Part shown: positions 59,677 through 64,000 of the stretch, in pieces
Position numbering within the stretch: the first letter of the stretch is position 1
Layout of the letters: each line of letters begins with the position of its first letter
Source of the DNA: an uncultured Bacilli bacterium
Lineage (GTDB): Bacteria; Bacillota_I; Bacilli_A; RF39; UBA660
Length of the DNA stretch: 64,000 nt
Assembly: GCA_934101225.1 (NCBI GenBank)
Contig: CAKOQK010000001.1
Location: 64,978 to 128,977, forward strand
Reading direction: 5' to 3'
The notes under the pieces: model-generated
Told to the model about the DNA's origin: nothing
The model's database searches: none
What the model saw: the letters and a program-made list of their open reading frames with translations, nothing else
Program-made: the position numbers and the translations under genes

Positions 59677-60780
59677 ATGGAAACTATCGGAATTATTTGT
59701 GAATATAATCCATTTCATAATGGTCATGTTTATCATATTAATAAAATTAAAGAAATGTATCCTGATTCAATAATTATCTTATGTATTAATGGTTATTTTG
59801 GAGAAAGAGGCGATATTAGTATTCTTTCTAAAGAAGATAAAACTAGATTAGCGCTAAATAATGGAATAAACATAGTTGTTGAATTACCTTTCGTTTTTGC
59901 TTCTAATTCTGCTGATACTTTTGCTGATGCAAGTGTCAAAATATTAAATTATATGAACGTAGATAAAATTATTTTTGGTAGTGAATCTAACGATATAGAG
60001 AAACTTACATTAATTGCTAAAAAACAATTAGAAGATGATTTTTCATTAAAAGTTAAAGAAGAAATAAAAAAAGGAATAAACTACCCTACTGCCTTAAATA
60101 AAGGTATTGGTATTAATTTAAATAGTCCTAATGATTTATTAGGAGTTAGTTACATTAAAGCTATTATAAAGAATAATTATGATATAAAACCAATTACTAT
60201 TAAAAGAACAAGTGATTATTTAGATACTGTAAGCGAAAGTAATATAGTAAGTGCAAGTAACATAAGAGAAAAAATTAAAAATAATATTGATGTAAAAAAA
60301 TATATTAATTATGATCCTACTTTTAATAAAATTAATGAAGACTTATTATTTAATTTAATTAAATATAAAATTATTACTGATAAAGATTTAAGTAGATATT
60401 TAACTGTTGATGAAGGTATTGAATATAAATTAATTAAAGAAATAAATAATTGTAAAACTTTGGATGAATTAATAAGTAAGATTAAATCCAAAAGATATAC
60501 TTATAACCGAATTAGAAGAATGCTTATTCATATCTTAATAGGACTAACCAAAGAAGATAGAAAAAAATGTAATGTAGAATATGTTAAAGTACTTGGTTTT
60601 GATAAAATAGGACAAAATTATTTAAAGAATATTAAAAGTGATATATTAATAACTTCTAAAATACCTAATATTTATTTAACAAGAAAATATGAACTTGTTT
60701 CTTCTAAAGTTTATGATATAATAGCAAATACTAATACATATAAATATGAAATATCCAATAAACCAATTAAAAAGGATTAA
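59677..60780 (+). CDS. tmcAL: tRNA(Met) cytidine acetate ligase (TmcAL/YlbM, UPF0348 nucleotidyltransferase)
   Basis: GIICEYNPFHNGHVYHI and a conserved KSKRYTYNRIRRML region. ATG 59677 follows GAGG. Confidence 0.85.
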   Translation: METIGIICEYNPFHNGHVYHINKIKEMYPDSIIILCINGYFGERGDISILSKEDKTRLALNNGINIVVELPFVFASNSADTFADASVKILNYMNVDKIIFGSESNDIEKLTLIAKKQLEDDFSLKVKEEIKKGINYPTALNKGIGINLNSPNDLLGVSYIKAIIKNNYDIKPITIKRTSDYLDTVSESNIVSASNIREKIKNNIDVKKYINYDPTFNKINEDLLFNLIKYKIITDKDLSRYLTVDEGIEYKLIKEINNCKTLDELISKIKSKRYTYNRIRRMLIHILIGLTKEDRKKCNVEYVKVLGFDKIGQNYLKNIKSDILITSKIPNIYLTRKYELVSSKVYDIIANTNTYKYEISNKPIKKD

Positions 60781-60787
60781 ATAATAA

Positions 60788-61337
60788 ATGAAAAATATTG
60801 ATATTAATGAAATTGACGAAGTTGTAGATAAATTTAGATATAAATTAAATATTTATAAATATTTTAATTACAAAAATAAATCTTTAATTTAATTTTTAAA
60901 AGAATAAACACTAAAGATTTAGCTAATTTATTTAGCATAAATATTTATAAAAGTGATAAACTATCAAATTTTGTTGATGGAATTATTATAGTTAATAATA
61001 ATGAAAAAAAATTATTATTAAAAGTAGCCTTAAAAATAGTGATAAAAGATATATTATTTTATATCTAATATGTTAACTATATTATCAATAATTTTAATAA
61101 AACAATAAATCATCGTACAAGCAATCATCCAATTGAAATTTATCAAAGAAATGAAAATGCTGAATATATGGCAAGATCATTACTTGTTCCTGAAGAAGAT
61201 TTTAAAGAAATGTATAACAACTTTAATAATATTGAATTTTGCTCTGAAATATTTGATGTTAATGAAGATATTATAAAATTAAGAATAGCAGAAATAGGTA
61301 TAAATAAAAGAAATGTTTTAAAATATAAATTTAAATA
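60788..61337 (+). pseudogene. Degraded ImmA/IrrE-like metallopeptidase gene, split over three frames
   Basis: The fragments are MKNIDINEIDEVVDKF...*, then ...KDLANLFSINIYKSDKLSNFVDGIIIVNNNEKK...*, then ...NENAEYMARSLLVPEEDFKEM...IIKLRIAEIG. The order matches ImmA, but no intact HExxH motif is visible. Confidence 0.45.
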
Positions 61338-61346
61338 AAATAATAA

Positions 61347-61370
61347 AAAGAATGTTTTTCAACATTCTTT
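61347..61370. terminator. Bidirectional terminator hairpin
   Basis: 10-bp stem aaagaatgtt (61347-61356) pairs with aacattcttt (61361-61370), loop tttc. Confidence 0.6.
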
Positions 61371-61379
61371 TTATGATAT

Positions 61380-62225
61380 TCAAAGAGTTTTCATTTCCTC
61401 TTTGGTAAGACCTGTTATTTCAGATACTTCAGATATACTAGTCCCTTTAGCTAATAATTTTTTGGCAATCGAAATAGCTTTTTTATTTTCGCCTTGAGAT
61501 AATCCATCATTATATGATTCTTCTATTTCTGATTCTTTTATATAATCATCTAATTCCTTCTTGTCATAATATAGTAAATTATCACTACTATTTGAATATT
61601 CTTCCATAAATTTAGCCACCTTTTTTAAGAATAAGTTACCTCCTGCTAAATATTTATTTAATATTTTACTTCTACAACTTAGCATTCTTAAAAATTTTAT
61701 TCCTTCTTCACTTACATTATATTCATTATTCCATGCTTTATCAAGTTCAAAGTGATATATTGTGAACGTATTTAGATACTCTTTTAAATTATCTTTATTC
61801 ATTACTTTTATTACATTTTTTACCTTATCCATATTTTTAAATGAATATAAATCAAAATTAACTTGTATTACAGTTACATCTTTATATTTCTTACCTTTAT
61901 TTTGTTCATTTAATATTATTTTATAAATATATAATAAATTCTTATACATTAAATATTTACTTTTTGAAGTATTTAATTCTATATTTAAAAATGTATTATC
62001 ATTTAATTTATATACTAAATCAGTAACCATTAACTTATCATCTTCATAAAATGTAGTTATTTCATTATTAATTAAACTATAATTATTACACTCGATATTT
62101 AATTCACACAAACTAATTATAAAATCTACTAATTCTTTACTATAAATACCTGCAAATGACTTAAACTCTCTATCATAAATCAAAGGTATAATATTATTAG
62201 ATATAACTATTGGATATTTTAACAA
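61380..62225 (-). CDS. Rpn-family / PDDEXK_2 recombination-promoting nuclease (putative transposase)
   Basis: DREFKSF..., DLVYKL.DNTFLNIELN (PD-(D/E)xK-like core), and the C-terminal helix-turn-helix-like tail AKKLLAKGTSISEVSEITGLTKEEMKTL. TTG start follows AAAGGAG. Confidence 0.65.
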   Translation of the reverse strand: MLKYPIVISNNIIPLIYDREFKSFAGIYSKELVDFIISLCELNIECNNYSLINNEITTFYEDDKLMVTDLVYKLNDNTFLNIELNTSKSKYLMYKNLLYIYKIILNEQNKGKKYKDVTVIQVNFDLYSFKNMDKVKNVIKVMNKDNLKEYLNTFTIYHFELDKAWNNEYNVSEEGIKFLRMLSCRSKILNKYLAGGNLFLKKVAKFMEEYSNSSDNLLYYDKKELDDYIKESEIEESYNDGLSQGENKKAISIAKKLLAKGTSISEVSEITGLTKEEMKTL

Positions 62226-62335
62226 CTTTGTACTCCTTTCTAAGAAGATAGCATCTTTTATTTACCCTCTAAATATATATTTAGTACAAAAATAATGAGA
62301 TTACTTGTTTTCTTCTTAAATTTTTTAAAAAATCA

Positions 62336-62364
62336 TGAAAAAAAGATAACCATTAAGTTACCTT
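62336..62364 (-). terminator. Possible terminator after the DUF6273 gene
   Basis: On the minus strand AGGTAAC-TTAATG-GTTATCT forms a stem with one G-U pair, followed by TTTTTTT. Confidence 0.4.
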
Positions 62365-62398
62365 TTTATAATAATTTTTATTTTAAACATATATATTT

Positions 62399-63724
62399 TT
62401 ATCCGATACGGAAAGCTGGGGCAAAACCAAGGTTGCTAGTAGCATTACTGATATTCCAATCGCCAGAGTTATCGACAACTAGGAACCTTGTGTCAGTATT
62501 GGAACGAGCCGCGCGAAGCCACCAATTGTAAGCTGAACCAATATACTTCTTTATAGTACCTGAGTAGTTAATTGTTGTTACTTCTTTATTTTTATAATAA
62601 TCTAATTGTCTTGTATTGTCATATGTAGTAACTCCACTGGATACCTGATTACTTGTTCCATCTTCCCATACTTCATGCGCACTTAGTAAATATATTTTAT
62701 CTGTTGAAGTAAAGTTTGTTTCTCTCGATGTACTTCCATGTCCTGATACTACTTTGGTATCTATTATTACATTTCTTAATTCTACTGGTAATTTATTATA
62801 GAAATCTCCATTTGCATAGGTTCTCATGGCTGTTGCTGGCCATCCACCTACATTTGTATCTGTACTATTCATTACTCTTTTTTCTATGATATCTGCAAAC
62901 TCTATAACAAATCCACAGGCTGTTTGAGAAAAATCAGTTCTATTACATTCATCAGGCGTTTTGTTATTTGCAACGCGCACTGTATAACTTTTTCCATCTA
63001 TTGTTACTTGCTTTGTATCTCCTACTTTATATGCTGCTGGATTATGCTTTACATTAGCAGCTATCTCACTCCATGAAGCTTCTTCAAAAGACGGTTCATA
63101 ATTAACAACTACTTTTCCATTTATTTTTTTTCCTTTTTCACTATCTTGACTTATTCCTGTATCGGGAAATTGAAGTATTAAATTAAATGTAATTGTTTGA
63201 TTACTTGTGTTTATAGGAAAAATACCTGTAACCATTTCAGTATAATTATTTCCTTTTTTTAATGTTCCATGAGTATATTCTGTATATGAACTATTTCCTT
63301 GTACTGTTTGATTGATTGTTCCTGTATATTCTACAGTTACTTTAGAAGATGCAGGTCTATTCATTTCTTTTATATAATAGTGAATTTGTCCATCACTAAA
63401 TGTTGATGTGTATTTTAGTCCTACTTTATATGGCATGGCAAGCCCACTGGTTGTGTTTGTGCCTGTTAAAGTAAATGTCTTATTCACTAATATTGCATTA
63501 CTAGGTTGTATATCTTTTGATACTAATAAATCACTTTTTCCATCGGCATAATTTATTGTCATTTTACCACTTGTTGCTGATATTATAGATGTACTTCCTT
63601 TATTATTGCTTGCACTAAAAAAAGCATATGTTATTCCTGAAAATATTACTAGGAGCATTATTATTGTTCCTATCATAACATACACTTTTATTTGTTCTTC
63701 CTTATTATACATGTAAATCACCAT
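62399..63724 (-). CDS. Secreted protein: TasA/camelysin-type (SipW-class) signal and N-domain fused to a DUF6273-like C-domain
   Basis: The TM helix ends in GITYAFFSASNN followed by SATSGKMTI (TasA-like). The C-terminus NWWLRAARSN...GFAPAFRIG is typical of DUF6273. The start is ambiguous (63724 or 63712). Confidence 0.6.
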   Translation of the reverse strand: MVIYMYNKEEQIKVYVMIGTIIMLLVIFSGITYAFFSASNNKGSTSIISATSGKMTINYADGKSDLLVSKDIQPSNAILVNKTFTLTGTNTTSGLAMPYKVGLKYTSTFSDGQIHYYIKEMNRPASSKVTVEYTGTINQTVQGNSSYTEYTHGTLKKGNNYTEMVTGIFPINTSNQTITFNLILQFPDTGISQDSEKGKKINGKVVVNYEPSFEEASWSEIAANVKHNPAAYKVGDTKQVTIDGKSYTVRVANNKTPDECNRTDFSQTACGFVIEFADIIEKRVMNSTDTNVGGWPATAMRTYANGDFYNKLPVELRNVIIDTKVVSGHGSTSRETNFTSTDKIYLLSAHEVWEDGTSNQVSSGVTTYDNTRQLDYYKNKEVTTINYSGTIKKYIGSAYNWWLRAARSNTDTRFLVVDNSGDWNISNATSNLGFAPAFRIG

Positions 63725-63737
63725 ATTCCATAGTGAA

Positions 63738-63765
63738 ATTATAACTCGGTTTACCCCCCCGTCAA
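63738..63765 (-). promoter_or_regulatory. Near-consensus promoter TTGACG-N16-TATAAT with a G7 tract in the spacer
   Basis: Plus cgtcaa at 63760-63765, attata at 63738-63743 and ccccccc at 63754-63760. Lies 14 nt upstream of ATG 63724. Confidence 0.5.
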
Positions 63766-63817
63766 GCGAACATTTGTCTTTTTTTATATAATTTTTGAAA
63801 AAATGTTCGCTTGACGG
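63759..63817. repeat. 17-bp perfect inverted repeat CCGTCAAGCGAACATTT-N25-AAATGTTCGCTTGACGG
   Basis: Arms at 63759-63775 and 63801-63817. They are GC-rich relative to the surroundings, and the left arm contains the -35 element. Confidence 0.9.
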
Positions 63818-63853
63818 TTAATTATTTAAATTAATATACATTCCTAATTTACA

Positions 63854-64000
63854 TTATTCATCATTTTTCTTTGGCATTAACTTACAAACTGTATAAACAT
63901 AATCTTTTAATTTATTTAAAATCTTATTACAAATATCAAGATCTAATGATCTAATAATATTTATATATTCATAATTAACTTCTCTATTATCTATTACCTC
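63854..64000 (-). CDS. 3' end of an unidentified gene (C-terminal 48 aa)
   Basis: Open to the window edge. Translation is ...EVIDNREVNYEYINIIRSLDLDICNKILNKLKDYVYTVCKLMPKKNDE*. Confidence 0.35.
   Translation of the reverse strand, partial: EVIDNREVNYEYINIIRSLDLDICNKILNKLKDYVYTVCKLMPKKNDE

Noticed and set aside
62295-62531. 78-aa plus-strand ORF
   Set aside because: It is antisense to the 3' end and terminator of the DUF6273 gene. It stays open only because of the local GC-rich stretch.
63759-63817. PurR PurBox pair; invertible promoter switch; intrinsic terminator of the upstream gene
   Set aside because: The arms resemble PurBoxes (AAGCGAACATT vs WWCCGAACWWT), but the gap is ~27 nt rather than the 16-17 nt I recall, and the downstream gene is unrelated to purine metabolism. 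Only 25 bp lie between the arms, too short for a recombinase-driven invertible element. The hairpin has a 25-nt loop and is followed by G7 rather than a U-run, so it is not a typical terminator.

Overview
Very AT-rich (roughly 25% GC by eye) chromosome segment from a spore-forming Firmicute, Clostridia- or Erysipelotrichia-like, based on a CotE homologue and YjcZ-type tiny sporulation peptides. Almost every gene is on the minus strand. Positions 1-33,000 are mostly core genes: an ABC exporter, an orphan GspE/PilB ATPase, recD2, gap, cotE, ftsEX with an M23 peptidase, serS, lon, pdp, rplS, tgt, argS, rmuC, prsA and recX. A few accessory genes interrupt them: a DUF4143 AAA ATPase, a HerA-like ATPase and an NPKTG-sorted surface protein. 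Positions 33,000-64,000 form a cell-surface accessory region. It holds a Wzx/Wzy capsule locus with Glf, DUF4422 and two unrelated ATP-grasp ligases. That locus is interrupted by a GGDEF cyclase, VanZ and a pseudogene scar, and ends in cpsC-cpsD-cpsB coupled to a sortase-domain gene. Next comes a sortase-dependent pilus operon (signal peptidase I, VWA tip pilin, major pilin, class C sortase, minor pilin, a second sortase). Beyond it lie an adjacent dockerin-protein and cohesin-like-protein pair, mobile-element debris (an ImmA-like pseudogene and an Rpn/PDDEXK_2 nuclease), and a TasA-type-signal/DUF6273 surface protein. The least explained signals are non-coding. Four operon-upstream arrays of three phased direct repeats (22-33 bp spacing) share sequence cores. 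Two near-consensus promoters are fused to GAACA/TGTTC inverted repeats, and one of them has a G7 tract in its spacer. No rRNA, tRNA or CRISPR was seen. All protein family calls come from motif recognition by eye, not from searches.
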